DNA of 64,000 bases from Tubulanus polymorphus (taxonomy: Eukaryota; Animalia; Nemertea), in NCBI RefSeq assembly GCF_964204645.1, contig NC_134035.1, positions 7,720,451 to 7,784,450 on the forward strand, read 5' to 3'. The stretch's first letter is position 1; every line of letters begins with the position of its first letter. The translations under genes and the position numbers were made by a program. Under the pieces are notes generated by a model that saw only the letters and a program-made list of their open reading frames with translations, did not search any database and was not told the DNA's origin. Below are positions 34,284 through 48,734 of the stretch, in pieces.

Positions 34284-34719
34284 AACAAAACGTATCAATC
34301 TAACCGTTTTGATATTACCTTCTCGATAGGATCGCCACCTCAGCGAGGCATCCACTTTTTATGTCTCTTTTAACACAGTTTCAATTGCTCAACTGATAAA
34401 ACCAGGTACAATTATCCATTCGCTCCATCGAAAGATGTAGAAACAAACGCCTTTCCCTTCGCTCAAGGATCGGCGTTGAATAAGGCGGAGGAAACTATGA
34501 GAACAGCTACTTAGCAACACAATCTGTGACGTCACATTACCAGAAAACATCCAATCTTCTATCTAACAAAGTATCGATTTGGGAATATATCTGCGACAAC
34601 AAAATTTTGACAGCTTCGTTCAACTAATGGCGAAAACAAACAAGCAAATAAACAAACAAATAAACGGCTGTTTGCGAGTGCTTTTAATTTTTGAAATAAA
34701 TCGAGCAAAATTTGAAAAA

Positions 34720-34838
34720 AGTCTACAGCACCCGGTATTCCCAGGCGGTCACCCATCCAAGTACTAACCGGGCCCGACGTTGCTTAACTTCGGTGATCGG
34801 ACGAGAACCGGTGCTTTCAACGTGGTATGGCCGTAGAC
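34720..34838 (-). rRNA. 5S: 5S rRNA
   Basis: Array copy. Confidence 0.95.
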
Positions 34839-35276
34839 AACAAAACGTATGAATCTAACCGTTTTGATATTACCTTCTCGATAGGATCGCCACCTCAGCG
34901 AGGCATCCACTTTTTATGTCTCTTTTAACACAGTTTCAATTGCTCAACTGATAAAACCAGGTACAATTATCCATTCGCTCCATCGAAAGATGTAGAAACA
35001 AACGCCTTTCCCTTCGCTCAAGGATCGGCGTTGAATAAGGCGGAGGAAACTATGAGAACAGCTACTTAGCAAAACAATCTGTGACGTCACATTACCAGAA
35101 AACATCCAATCTTCTATCTCTAACAAAGTATCGATTTGGGAATATATCTGCGACAACAAAATTTTGACGGCTTCGTTCAACTAATGGCGAAAACGAACAA
35201 GCAAATAAACAAACAAATAAACGGCTGTTTACGAGTGCTTTTAATTTTTGAAATAAATCGAGCAAAATTTGAAAAA

Positions 35277-35395
35277 TGTCTACAGCACCCGGTATTCCCA
35301 GGCGGTCACCCATCCAAGTACTAACCGGGCCCGACGTTGCTTAACTTCGGTGATCGGACGAGAACCGGTGCTTTCAACGTGGTATGGCCGTAGAC
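35277..35395 (-). rRNA. 5S: 5S rRNA
   Basis: Array copy. Confidence 0.95.
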
Positions 35396-35831
35396 AACAA
35401 AACGTATCAATCTAACCGTTTTGATATTACCTTCTCGATAGGATCGCCACCTCAGCGAGGCATCCACTTTTTATGTCTCTTTTAACACAGTTTCAATTGC
35501 TCAACTGATAAAACCAGGTACAATTATCCATTCGCTCCATCGAAAGATGTAGAAACAAACGCCTTTCCCTTCGCTCAAGGATCGGCGTTGAATAAGGCGG
35601 AGGAAACTATGAGAACAGATACTTAGCAACACAATCTGTGACGTCACATTACCAGAAAACATCCAATCTTCTATCCAACAAAGTATCGATTTGGGAATAT
35701 ATCTGCGACAACAAAATTTTGACAGCTTCGTTCAACTAATGGCGAAAACAAACAAGCAAATAAACAAACAAATAAACGGCTGTTTGCGAGTGCTTTTGAT
35801 TTTTGAAATAAATCGAGCAAAATTTGAAAAA

Positions 35832-35950
35832 AGTCTACAGCACCCGGTATTCCCAGGCGGTCACCCATCCAAGTACTAACCGGGCCCGACGGTGCTTAAC
35901 TTCGGTGATCGGACGAGAACCGGTGCTTTCAACGTGGTATGGCCGTAGAC
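35832..35950 (-). rRNA. 5S: 5S rRNA
   Basis: Array copy. Confidence 0.95.
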
Positions 35951-36388
35951 AACAAAACGTATAAATCTAACCGTTTTGATATTACCTTCTCGATAGGATC
36001 GCCACCTCAGCGAGGCATCCACTTTTTATGTCTCTTTTAACACAGTTTCAATTGCTCAACTGATAAAACCAGGTACAATTATCCATTCGCTCCATCGAAA
36101 GATGTAGAAACAAACGCCTTTCCCTTCGCTCAAGGATCGGCGTTGAATAAGGCGGAGGAAACTATGAGAACAGCTACTTAGCAACACAATCTGTGACGTC
36201 ACATTACCAGAAAACATCCAATCTTCTATCTCTAACAAAGTACCGATTTGGGAATATATCTGCGACAACAAAATTTTGACACCTTCGTTCAACTAATGGC
36301 GTAAACAAACAAGCAAATAAACAAACAAATAAACGGCTGTTTGCGAGTGCTTTTAATTTTTGAAATAAATCGAGCAAAATTTGAAAAA

Positions 36389-36507
36389 AGTCTACAGCAC
36401 CCGGTATTCCCAGGCGGTCACCCATCCAAGTACTAACCGGGCCCGACGTTGCTTAACTTCGGTGATCGGACGAGAACCGGTGCTTTCAACGTGGTATGGC
36501 CGTAGAC
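36389..36507 (-). rRNA. 5S: 5S rRNA
   Basis: Array copy. Confidence 0.95.
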
Positions 36508-36945
36508 AACAAAACGTATAAATCTAACGGTTTTGATATTACCTTCTCGATAGGATCGCCACCTCAGCGAGGCATCCACTTTTTATGTCTCTTTTAACAC
36601 AGTTTCAATTGCTCAACTGATAAAACCAGGTACAATTATCCATTCGCTCCATCGAAAGATGTAGAAACAAACGCCTTTCCCTTCGCTCAAGGATCGGCGT
36701 TGAATAAGGCGGAGGAAACTATGAGAACAGCTACTTAGCAACACAATCTGTGACGTCACATTACCAGAAAACATCCAATCTTCTATCTCTAACAAAGTAT
36801 CGATTTGGGAATATATCTGCGACAACAAAATTTTGACGGCTTCGTTCAACTAATGGCGAAAACGAACAAGCAAATAAACAAACAAATAAACGGCTGTTTA
36901 CGAGTGCTTTTAATTTTTGAAATAAATCGAGCAAAATTTGAAAAA

Positions 36946-37064
36946 AGTCTACAGCACCCGGTATTCCCAGGCGGTCACCCATCCAAGTACTAACCGGGCC
37001 CGACGTTGCTTAACTTCGGTGATCGGACGAGAACCGGTGCTTTCAACGTGGTATGGCCGTAGAC
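36946..37064 (-). rRNA. 5S: 5S rRNA
   Basis: Array copy. Confidence 0.95.
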
Positions 37065-37501
37065 AACAAAACGTATCAATCCAACCGTTTTGATATTACC
37101 TTCTCGATAGGATCGCCACCTCAGCGAGGCATCCACTTTTTATGTCTCTTTTAACACAGTTTCAATTGCTCAACTGATAAAACCAGGTACAATTATCCAT
37201 TCGCTCCATCGAAAGATGTAGAAACAAACGCCTTTCCCTTCGCTCAAGGATCGGCGTTGAATAAGGCGGAGGAAACTATGAGAACAGCTACTTAGCAAAA
37301 CAATCTGTGACGTCACATTACCAGAAAACATCCAATCTTCTATCTCTAACAAAGTATCGATTTGGGAATATATCTGCGACAACAAAATTTTGACGGCTTC
37401 GTTAACTAATGGCGAAAACGAACAAGCAAATAAACAAACAAATAAACGGCTGTTTACGAGTGCTTTTAATTTTTGAAATAAATCGAGCAAAATTTGAAAA
37501 A

Positions 37502-37620
37502 AGTCTACAGCACCCGGTATTCCCAGGCGGTCACCCATCCAAGTACTAACCGGGCCCGACGTTGCTTAACTTCGGTGATCGGACGAGAACCGGTGCTTTC
37601 AACGTGGTATGGCCGTAGAC
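37502..37620 (-). rRNA. 5S: 5S rRNA
   Basis: Array copy. Confidence 0.95.
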
Positions 37621-38056
37621 AACAAAACGTATAAATCTAACCGTTTTGATATTACCTTCTCGATAGGATCGCCACCTCAGCGAGGCATCCACTTTTTATG
37701 TCTCTTTTAACACAGTTTCAATTGCTCAACTGATAAAACCAGGTACAATTATCCATTCGCTCCATCGAAAGATGTAGAAACAAACGCCTTTCCCTTCGCT
37801 CAAGGATCGGCGTTGAATAAGGCGGAGGAAACTATGAGAACAGCTACTTAGCAACACAATCTGTGACGTCACATTACCAGAAAACGTCCAATCTTCTATC
37901 TAACAAAGTATCGATTTGGGAATATATCTGCGACAACAAAATTTTGACGGCTTCGTTCAACTAATGGCGAAAACAAACAAGCAAATAAACAAACAAATAA
38001 ACGGCTGTTTGCGAGTGCTTTTAATTTTTGAAATAAATCGAGCAAAATTTGAAAAA

Positions 38057-38175
38057 AGTCTACAGCACCCGGTATTCCCAGGCGGTCACCCATCCAAGTA
38101 CTAAGCGGGCCCGACGTTGCTTAACTTCGGTGATCGGACGAGAACCGGTGCTTTCAACGTGGTATGGCCGTAGAC
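38057..38175 (-). rRNA. 5S: 5S rRNA
   Basis: Array copy. Confidence 0.95.
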
Positions 38176-38613
38176 AACAAAACGTATAAATCTAACCGTT
38201 TTGATATTACCTTCTCGATAGGATCGCCACCTCAGCGAGGCATCCACTTTTTATGTCTCTTTTAACACAGTTTCAATTGCTCAACTGATAAAACCAGGTA
38301 CAATTATCCATTCGCTCCATCGAAAGATGTAGAAACAAACGCCTTTCCCTTCGCTCAAGGATCGGCGTTGAATAAGGCGGAGGAAACTATGAGAACAGCT
38401 ACTTAGCAACACAATCTGTGACGTCACATTACCAGAAAACATCCAATCTTCTATCTCTAACAAAGTACCGATTTGGGAATATATCTGCGACAACAAAATT
38501 TTGACACCTTCGTTCAACTAATGGCGTAAACAAACAAGCAAATAAACAAACAAATAAACGGCTGTTTGCGAGTGCTTTTAATTTTTGAAATAAATCGAGC
38601 AAAATTTGAAAAA

Positions 38614-38732
38614 AGTCTACAGCACCCGGTATTCCCAGGCGGTCACCCATCCAAGTACTAACCGGGCCCGACGTTGCTTAACTTCGGTGATCGGACGAGA
38701 ACCGGTGCTTTCAACGTGGTATGGCCGTAGAC
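38614..38732 (-). rRNA. 5S: 5S rRNA
   Basis: Array copy. Confidence 0.95.
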
Positions 38733-39170
38733 AACAAAACGTATAAATCTAACCGTTTTGATATTACCTTCTCGATAGGATCGCCACCTCAGCGAGGCAT
38801 CCACTTTTTATGTCTCTTTTAACACAGTTTCAATTGCTCAACTGATAAAACCAGGTACAATTATCCATTCGCTCCATCGAAAGATGTAGAAACAAACGCC
38901 TTTCCCTTCGCTCAAGGATCGGCGTTGAATAAGGCGGAGGAAACTATGAGAACAGCTACTTAGCAAAACAATCTGTGACGTCACATTACCAGAAAACATC
39001 CAATCTTCTATCTCTAACAAAGTATCGATTTGGGAATATATCTGCGACAACAAAATTTTGACGGCTTCGTTCAACTAATGGCGAAAACGAACAAGCAAAT
39101 AAACAAACAAATAAACGGCTGTTTACGAGTGCTTTTAATTTTTGAAATAAATCGAGCAAAATTTGAAAAA

Positions 39171-39289
39171 TGTCTACAGCACCCGGTATTCCCAGGCGGT
39201 CACCCATCCAAGTACTAACCGGGCCCGACGTTGCTTAACTTCGGTGATCGGACGAGAACCGGTGCTTTCAACGTGGTATGGCCGTAGAC
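39171..39289 (-). rRNA. 5S: 5S rRNA
   Basis: Array copy. Confidence 0.95.
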
Positions 39290-39725
39290 AACAAAACGTA
39301 TCAATCTAACCGTTTTGATATTACCTTCTCGATAGGATCGCCACCTCAGCGAGGCATCCACTTTTTATGTCTCTTTTAACACAGTTTCAATTGCTCAACT
39401 GATAAAACCAGGTACAATTATCCATTCGCTCCATCGAAAGATGTAGAAACAAACGCCTTTCCCTTCGCTCAAGGATCGGCGTTGAATAAGGCGGAGGAAA
39501 CTATGAGAACAGCTACTTAGCAACACAATCTGTGACGTCACATTACCAGAAAACATCCAATCTTCTATCCAACAAAGTATCGATTTGGGAATATATCTGC
39601 GACAACAAAATTTTGACAGCTTCGTTCAACTAATGGCGAAAACAAACAAGCAAATAAACAAACAAATAAACGGCTGTTTGCGAGTGCTTTTGATTTTTGA
39701 AATAAATCGAGCAAAATTTGAAAAA

Positions 39726-39844
39726 AGTCTACAGCACCCGGTATTCCCAGGCGGTCACCCATCCAAGTACTAACCGGGCCCGACGGTGCTTAACTTCGGT
39801 GATCGGACGAGAACCGGTGCTTTCAACGTGGTATGGCCGTAGAC
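39726..39844 (-). rRNA. 5S: 5S rRNA
   Basis: Array copy. Confidence 0.95.
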
Positions 39845-40280
39845 AACAAAACGTATAAATCTAACCGTTTTGATATTACCTTCTCGATAGGATCGCCACC
39901 TCAGCGAGGCATCCACTTTTTATGTCTCTTTTAACACAGTTTCAATTGCTCAACTGATAAAACCAGGTACAATTATCCATTCGCTCCATCGAAAGATGTA
40001 GAAACAAACGCCTTTCCCTTCGCTCAAGGATCGGCGTTGAATAAGGCGGAGGAAACTATGAGAACAGCTACTTAGCAACACAATCTGTGACGTCACATTA
40101 CCAGAAAACATCCAATCTTCTATCTAACAAAGTATCGATTTGGGAATATATCTGCGACAACAAAATTTTGACGGCTTCGTTCAACTAATGGCGAAAACAA
40201 ACAAGCAAATAAACAAACAAATAAACGGCTGTTTGCGAGTGCTTTTAATTTTTGAAATAAATCGAGCAAAATTTGAAAAA

Positions 40281-40399
40281 AGTCTACAGCACCCGGTATT
40301 CCCAGGCGGTCACCCATCCAAGTACTAAGCGGGCCCGACGTTGCTTAACTTCGGTGATCGGACGAGAACCGGTGCTTTCAACGTGGTATGGCCGTAGAC
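40281..40399 (-). rRNA. 5S: 5S rRNA
   Basis: Array copy. Confidence 0.95.
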
Positions 40400-40837
40400 A
40401 ACAAAACGTATAAATCTAACCGTTTTGATATTACCTTCTCGATAGGATCGCCACCTCAGCGAGGCATCCACTTTTTATGTCTCTTTTAACACAGTTTCAA
40501 TTGCTCAACTGATAAAACCAGGTACAATTATCCATTCGCTCCATCGAAAGATGTAGAAACAAACGCCTTTCCCTTCGCTCAAGGATCGGCGTTGAATAAG
40601 GCGGAGGAAACTATGAGAACAGCTACTTAGCAACACAATCTGTGACGTCACATTACCAGAAAACATCCAATCTTCTATCTCTAACAAAGTACCGATTTGG
40701 GAATATATCTGCGACAACAAAATTTTGACACCTTCGTTCAACTAATGGCGTAAACAAACAAGCAAATAAACAAACAAATAAACGGCTGTTTGCGAGTGCT
40801 TTTAATTTTTGAAATAAATCGAGCAAAATTTGAAAAA

Positions 40838-40956
40838 AGTCTACAGCACCCGGTATTCCCAGGCGGTCACCCATCCAAGTACTAACCGGGCCCGACGTTG
40901 CTTAACTTCGGTGATCGGACGAGAACCGGTGCTTTCAACGTGGTATGGCCGTAGAC
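40838..40956 (-). rRNA. 5S: 5S rRNA
   Basis: Array copy. Confidence 0.95.
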
Positions 40957-41392
40957 AACAAAACGTATAAATCTAACCGTTTTGATATTACCTTCTCGAT
41001 AGGATCGCCACCTCAGCGAGGCATCCACTTTTTATGTCTCTTTTAACACAGTTTCAATTGCTCAACTGATAAAACCAGGTACAATTATCCATTCGCTCCA
41101 TCGAAAGATGTAGAAACAAACGCCTTTCCCTTCGCTCAAGGATCGGCGTTGAATAAGGCGGAGGAAACTATGAGAACAGCTACTTAGCAACACAATCTGT
41201 GACGTCACATTACCAGAAAACGTCCAATCTTCTATCTAACAAAGTATCGATTTGGGAATATATCTGCGACAACAAAATTTTGACGGCTTCGTTCAACTAA
41301 TGGCGAAAACAAACAAGCAAATAAACAAACAAATAAACGGCTGTTTGCGAGTGCTTTTAATTTTTGAAATAAATCGAGCAAAATTTGAAAAA

Positions 41393-41511
41393 AGTCTACA
41401 GCACCCGGTATTCCCAGGCGGTCACCCATCCAAGTACTAAGCGGGCCCGACGTTGCTTAACTTCGGTGATCGGACGAGAACCGGTGCTTTCAACGTGGTA
41501 TGGCCGTAGAC
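41393..41511 (-). rRNA. 5S: 5S rRNA
   Basis: Array copy. Confidence 0.95.
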
Positions 41512-41949
41512 AACAAAACGTATAAATCTAACCATTTTGATATTACCTTCTCGATAGGATCGCCACCTCAGCGAGGCATCCACTTTTTATGTCTCTTTTA
41601 ACACAGTTTCAATTGCTCAACTGATAAAACCAGGTACAATTATCCATTCGCTCCATCGAAAGATGTAGAAACAAACGCCTTTCCCTTCGCTCAAGGATCG
41701 GCGTTGAATAAGGCGGAGGAAACTATGAGAACAGCTACTTAGCAAAACAATCTGTGACGTCACATTACCAGAAAACATCCAATCTTCTATCTCTAACAAA
41801 GTATCGATTTGGGAATATATCTGCGACAACAAAATTTTGACGGCTTCGTTCAACTAATGGCGAAAACGAACAAGCAAATAAACAAACAAATAAACGGCTG
41901 TTTACGAGTGCTTTTAATTTTTGAAATAAATCGAGCAAAATTTGAAAAA

Positions 41950-42068
41950 TGTCTACAGCACCCGGTATTCCCAGGCGGTCACCCATCCAAGTACTAACCG
42001 GGCCCGACGTTGCTTAACTTCGGTGATCGGACGAGAACCGGTGCTTTCAACGTGGTATGGCCGTAGAC
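41950..42068 (-). rRNA. 5S: 5S rRNA
   Basis: Array copy. Confidence 0.95.
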
Positions 42069-42506
42069 AACAAAACGTATAAATCTAACCGTTTTGATAT
42101 TACCTTCTCGATAGGATCGCCACCTCAGCGAGGCATCCACTTTTTATGTCTCTTTTAACACAGTTTCAATTGCTCAACTGATAAAACCAGGTACAATTAT
42201 CCATTCGCTCCATCGAAAGATGTAGAAACAAACGCCTTTCCCTTCGCTCAAGGATCGGCGTTGAATAAGGCGGAGGAAACTATGAGAACAGCTACTTAGC
42301 AACACAATCTGTGACGTCACATTACCAGAAAACATCCAATCTTCTATCTCTAACAAAGTACCGATTTGGGAATATATCTGCGACAACAAAATTTTGACAC
42401 CTTCGTTCAACTAATGGCGTAAACAAACAAGCAAATAAACAAACAAATAAACGGCTGTTTGCGAGTGCTTTTAATTTTTGAAATAAATCGAGCAAAATTT
42501 GAAAAA

Positions 42507-42625
42507 AGTCTACAGCACCCGGTATTCCCAGGCGGTCACCCATCCAAGTACTAACCGGGCCCGACGTTGCTTAACTTCGGTGATCGGACGAGAACCGGTG
42601 CTTTCAACGTGGTATGGCCGTAGAC
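42507..42625 (-). rRNA. 5S: 5S rRNA
   Basis: Array copy. Confidence 0.95.
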
Positions 42626-43063
42626 AACAAAACGTATAAATCTAACCGTTTTGATATTACCTTCTCGATAGGATCGCCACCTCAGCGAGGCATCCACTTT
42701 TTATGTCTCTTTTAACACAGTTTCAATTGCTCAACTGATAAAACCAGGTACAATTATCCATTCGCTCCATCGAAAGATGTAGAAACAAACGCCTTTCCCT
42801 TCGCTCAAGGATCGGCGTTGAATAAGGCGGAGGAAACTATGAGAACAGCTACTTAGCAAAACAATCTGTGACGTCACATTACCAGAAAACATCCAATCTT
42901 CTATCTCTAACAAAGTATCGATTTGGGAATATATCTGCGACAACAAAATTTTGACGGCTTCGTTCAACTAATGGCGAAAACGAACAAGCAAATAAACAAA
43001 CAAATAAACGGCTGTTTACGAGTGCTTTTAATTTTTGAAATAAATCGAGCAAAATTTGAAAAA

Positions 43064-43182
43064 TGTCTACAGCACCCGGTATTCCCAGGCTGTCACCCAT
43101 CCAAGTACTAACCGGGCCCGACGTTGCTTAACTTCGGTGATCGGACGAGAACCGGTGCTTTCAACGTGGTATGGCCGTAGAC
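43064..43182 (-). rRNA. 5S: 5S rRNA
   Basis: Array copy. Confidence 0.93.
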
Positions 43183-43618
43183 AACAAAACGTATCAATCT
43201 AACCGTTTTGATATTACCTTCTCGATAGGATCGCCACCTCAGCGAGGCATCCACTTTTTATGTCTCTTTTAACACAGTTTCAATTGCTCAACTGATAAAA
43301 CCAGGTACAATTATCCATTCGCTCCATCGAAAGATGTAGAAACAAACGCCTTTCCCTTCGCTCAAGGATCGGCGTTGAATAAGGCGGAGGAAACTATGAG
43401 AACAGCTACTTAGCAACACAATCTGTGACGTCACATTACCAGAAAACATCCAATCTTCTATCCAACAAAGTATCGATTTGGGAATATATCTGCGACAACA
43501 AAATTTTGACAGCTTCGTTCAACTAATGGCGAAAACAAACAAGCAAATAAACAAACAAATAAACGGCTGTTTGCGAGTGCTTTTGATTTTTGAAATAAAT
43601 CGAGCAAAATTTGAAAAA

Positions 43619-43737
43619 AGTCTACAGCACCCAGTATTCCCAGGCGGTCACCCATCCAAGTACTAACCGGGCCCGACGGTGCTTAACTTCGGTGATCGGA
43701 CGAGAACCGGTGCTTTCAACGTGGTATGGCCGTAGAC
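43619..43737 (-). rRNA. 5S: 5S rRNA
   Basis: Array copy. Confidence 0.93.
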
Positions 43738-44173
43738 AACAAAACGTATAAATCTAACCGTTTTGATATTACCTTCTCGATAGGATCGCCACCTCAGCGA
43801 GGCATCCACTTTTTATGTCTCTTTTAACACAGTTTCAATTGCTCAACTGATAAAACCAGGTACAATTATCCATTCGCTCCATCGAAAGATGTAGAAACAA
43901 ACGCCTTTCCCTTCGCTCAAGGATCGGCGTTGAATAAGGCGGAGGAAACTATGAGAACAGCTACTTAGCAAAACAATCTGTGACGTCACATTACCAGAAA
44001 ACATCCAATCTTCTATCTAACAAAGTATCGATTTGGGAATATATCTGCGACAACAAAATTTTGACGGCTTCGTTCAACTAATGGCGAAAACAAACAAGCA
44101 AATAAACAAACAAATAAACGGCTGTTTGCGAGTGCTTTTAATTTTTGAAATAAATCGAGCAAAATTTGAAAAA

Positions 44174-44292
44174 AGTCTACAGCACCCGGTATTCCCAGGC
44201 GGTCACCCATCCAAGTACTAAGCGGGCCCGACGTTGCTTAACTTCGGTGATCGGACGAGAACCGGTGCTTTCAACGTGGTATGGCCGTAGAC
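44174..44292 (-). rRNA. 5S: 5S rRNA
   Basis: Array copy. Confidence 0.95.
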
Positions 44293-44730
44293 AACAAAAC
44301 GTATAAATCTAACCGTTTTGATATTACCTTCTCGATAGGATCGCCACCTCAGCGAGGCATCCACTTTTTATGTCTCTTTTAACACAGTTTCAATTGCTCA
44401 ACTGATAAAACCAGGTACAATTATCCATTCGCTCCATCGAAAGATGTAGAAACAAACGCCTTTCCCTTCGCTCAAGGATCGGCGTTGAATAAGGCGGAGG
44501 AAACTATGAGAACAGCTACTTAGCAACACAATCTGTGACGTCACATTACCAGAAAACATCCAATCTTCTATCTCTAACAAAGTACCGATTTGGGAATATA
44601 TCTGCGACAACAAAATTTTGACACCTTCGTTCAACTAATGGCGTAAACAAACAAGCAAATAAACAAACAAATAAACGGCTGTTTGCGAGTGCTTTTAATT
44701 TTTGAAATAAATCGAGCAAAATTTGAAAAA

Positions 44731-44849
44731 AGTCTACAGCACCCGGTATTCCCAGGCGGTCACCCATCCAAGTACTAACCGGGCCCGACGTTGCTTAACT
44801 TCGGTGATCGGACGAGAACCGGTGCTTTCAACGTGGTATGGCCGTAGAC
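44731..44849 (-). rRNA. 5S: 5S rRNA
   Basis: Array copy. Confidence 0.95.
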
Positions 44850-45287
44850 AACAAAACGTATAAATCTAACCGTTTTGATATTACCTTCTCGATAGGATCG
44901 CCACCTCAGCGAGGCATCCACTTTTTATGTCTCTTTTAACACAGTTTCAATTGCTCAACTGATAAAACCAGGTACAATTATCCATTCGCTCCATCGAAAG
45001 ATGTAGAAACAAACGCCTTTCCCTTCGCTCAAGGATCGGCGTTGAATAAGGCGGAGGAAACTATGAGAACAGCTACTTAGCAACACAATCTGTGACGTCA
45101 CATTACCAGAAAACATCCAATCTTCTATCTCTAACAAAGTATCGATTTGGGAATATATCTGCGACAACAAAATTTTGACGGCTTCGTTCAACTAATGGCG
45201 AAAACGAACAAGCAAATAAACAAACAAATAAACGGCTGTTTACGAGTGCTTTTAATTTTTGAAATAAATCGAGCAAAATTTGAAAAA

Positions 45288-45406
45288 AGTCTACAGCACC
45301 CGGTATTCCCAGGCGGTCACCCATCCAAGTACTAACCGGGCCCGACGTTGCTTAACTTCGGTGATCGGACGAGAACCGGTGCTTTCAACGTGGTATGGCC
45401 GTAGAC
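45288..45406 (-). rRNA. 5S: 5S rRNA
   Basis: Array copy. Confidence 0.95.
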
Positions 45407-45838
45407 AAACGTATCAATCTAACCGTTTTGATATTACCTTCTCGATAGGATCGCCACCTCAGCGAGGCATCCACTTTTTATGTCTCTTTTAACACAGTTT
45501 CAATTGCTCAACTGAATAAACCAGGTACAATTATCCATTCGCTCCATCGAAAGATGTAGAAACAAACGCCTTTCCCTTCGCTCAAGGATCGGCGTTGAAT
45601 AAGGCGGAGGAAACTATGAGAACCGCTACTTAGCAACACAATCTGTGACGTCACATTACCAGAAAACATCCAATCTTCTATCTAACAAAGTATCGATTTG
45701 GGAATATATCTGCGACAACAAAATTTTGACAGCTTCGTTCAACTAATGGCGAAAACAAACAAGCAAATAAACAAACAAATAAACGGCTGTTTGCGAGTGC
45801 TTTTAATTTTTGAAATAAATCGAGCAAAATTTGAAAAA

Positions 45839-45957
45839 AGTCTACAGCACCCGGTATTCCCAGGCGGTCACCCATCCAAGTACTAACCGGGCCCGACGTT
45901 GCTTAACTTCGGTGATCGGACGAGAACCGGTGCTTTCAACGTGGTATGGCCGTAGAC
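45839..45957 (-). rRNA. 5S: 5S rRNA
   Basis: Array copy. Confidence 0.95.
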
Positions 45958-46393
45958 AACAAAACGTATAAATCTAACCATTTTGATATTACCTTCTCGA
46001 TAGGATCGCCACCTCAGCGAGGCATCCACTTTTTATGTCTCTTTTAACACAGTTTCAATTGCTCAACTGATAAAACCAGGTACAATTATCCATTCGCTCC
46101 ATCGAAAGATGTAGAAACAAACGCCTTTCCCTTCGCTCAAGGATCGGCGTTGAATAAGGCGGAGGAAACTATGAGAACAGCTACTTAGCAACACAATCTG
46201 TGACGTCACATTACCAGAAAACATCCAATCTTCTATCTAACAAAGTATCGATTTGGGAATATATCTGCGACAACAAAATTTTGACGGCTTCGTTCAACTA
46301 ATGGCGAAAACGAACAAGCAAATAAACAAACAAATAAACGGCTGTTTACGAGTGCTTTTAATTTTTGAAATAAATCGAGCAAAATTTGAAAAA

Positions 46394-46512
46394 AGTCTAC
46401 AGCACCCGGTATTCCCAGGCGGTCACCCATCCAAGTACTAACCGGGCCCGACGTTGCTTAACTTCGGTGATCGGACGAGAACCGGTGCTTTCAACGTGGT
46501 ATGGCCGTAGAC
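46394..46512 (-). rRNA. 5S: 5S rRNA
   Basis: Array copy. Confidence 0.95.
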
Positions 46513-46948
46513 AACAAAACGTATCAATCTAACCGTTTTGATATTACCTTCTCGATAGGATCGCAACCTCAGCGAGGCATCCACTTTTTATGTCTCTTTT
46601 AACACAGTTTCAATTGCTCAACTGATAAAACCAGGTACAATTATCCATTCGCTCCATCGAAAGATGTAGAAACAAACGCCTTTCCCTTCGCTCAAGGATC
46701 GGCGTTGAATAAGGCGGAGGAAACTATGAGAACAGCTACTTAGCAACACAATCTGTGACGTCACATTACCAGAAAACATCCAATCTTCTATCTAACAAAG
46801 TATCGATTTGGGAATATATCTGCGACAACAAAATTTTGACGGCTTCGTTCAACTAATGGCGAAAACAAACAAGCAAATAAACAAACAAATAAACGGCTGT
46901 TTGCGAGTGCTTTTAATTTTTGAAATAAATCGAGCAAAATTTGAAAAA

Positions 46949-47067
46949 AGTCTACAGCACCCGGTATTCCCAGGCGGTCACCCATCCAAGTACTAACCGG
47001 GCCCGACGTTGCTTAACTTCGGTGATCGGACGAGAACCGGTGCTTTCAACGTGGTATGGCCGTAGAC
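46949..47067 (-). rRNA. 5S: 5S rRNA
   Basis: Array copy. Confidence 0.95.
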
Positions 47068-47505
47068 AACAAAACGTATCAATCTAACCGTTTTGATATT
47101 ACCTTCTCGATAGGATCGCCACCTCAGCGAGGCATCCACTTTTTATGTCTCTTTTAACACAGTTTCAATTGCTCAACTGATAAAACCAGGTACAATTATC
47201 CATTCGCTCCATCGAAAGATGTAGAAACAAACGCCTTTCCCTTCGCTCAAGGATCGGCGTTGAATAAGGCGGAGGAAACTATGAGAACAGCTACTTAGCA
47301 AAACAATCTGTGACGTCACATTACCAGAAAACATCCAATCTTCTATCTCTAACAAAGTATCGATTTGGGAATATATCTGCGACAACAAAATTTTGACGGC
47401 TTCGTTCAACTAATGGCGAAAACGAACAAGCAAATAAACAAACAAATAAACGGCTGTTTACGAGTGCTTTTAATTTTTGAAATAAATCGAGCAAAATTTG
47501 AAAAA

Positions 47506-47624
47506 AGTCTACAGCACCCGGTATTCCCAGGCGGTCACCCATCCAAGTACTAACCGGGCCCGACGTTGCTTAACTTCGGTGATCGGACGAGAACCGGTGC
47601 TTTCAACGTGGTATGGCCGTAGAC
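47506..47624 (-). rRNA. 5S: 5S rRNA
   Basis: Array copy. Confidence 0.95.
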
Positions 47625-48060
47625 AACAAAACGTATCAATCTAACCGTTTTGATATTACCTTCTCGATAGGATCGCCACCTCAGCGAGGCATCCACATTT
47701 TATGTCTCTTTTAACACAGTTTCAATTGCTCAACTGATAAAACCAGGTACAATTATCCATTCGCTCCATCGAAAGATGTAGAAACAAACGCCTTTCCCTT
47801 CGCTCAAGGATCGGCGTTGAATAAGGCGGAGGAAACTATGAGAACAGCTACTTAGCAACACAATCTGTGACGTCACATTACCAGAAAACATCCAATCTTC
47901 TATCTAACAAAGTATCGATTTGGGAATATATCTGCGACAACAAAATTTTGACAGCTTCGTTCAACTAATGGCGAAAACAAACAAGCAAATAAACAAACAA
48001 ATAAACGGCTGTTTGCGAGTGCTTTTAATTTTTGAAATAAATCGAGCAAAATTTGAAAAA

Positions 48061-48179
48061 AGTCTACAGCACCCGGTATTCCCAGGCGGTCACCCATCCA
48101 AGTACTAACCGGGCCCGACGTTGCTTAACTTCGGTGATCGGACGAGAACCGGTGCTTTCAACGTGGTATGGCCGTAGAC
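48061..48179 (-). rRNA. 5S: 5S rRNA
   Basis: Array copy. Confidence 0.95.
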
Positions 48180-48615
48180 AACAAAACGTATAAATCTAAC
48201 CATTTTGATATTACCTTCTCGATAGGATCGCCACCTCAGCGAGGCATCCACTTTTTATGTCTCTTTTAACACAGTTTCAATTGCTCAACTGATAAAACCA
48301 GGTACAATTATCCATTCGCTCCATCGAAAGATGTAGAAACAAACGCCTTTCCCTTCGCTCAAGGATCGGCGTTGAATAAGGCGGAGGAAACTATGAGAAC
48401 AGCTACTTAGCAACACAATCTGTGACGTCACATTACCAGAAAACATCCAATCTTCTATCTAACAAAGTATCGATTTGGGAATATATCTGCGACAACAAAA
48501 TTTTGACGGCTTCGTTCAACTAATGGCGAAAACAAACAAGCAAATAAACAAACAAATAAACGGCTGTTTGCGAGTGCTTTTAATTTTTGAAATAAATCGA
48601 GCAAAATTTGAAAAA

Positions 48616-48734
48616 AGTCTACAGCACCCGGTATTCCCAGGCGGTCACCCATCCAAGTACTAAGCGGGCCCGACGTTGCTTAACTTCGGTGATCGGACGA
48701 GAACCGGTGCTTTCAACGTGGTATGGCCGTAGAC
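48616..48734 (-). rRNA. 5S: 5S rRNA
   Basis: Array copy. Confidence 0.95.
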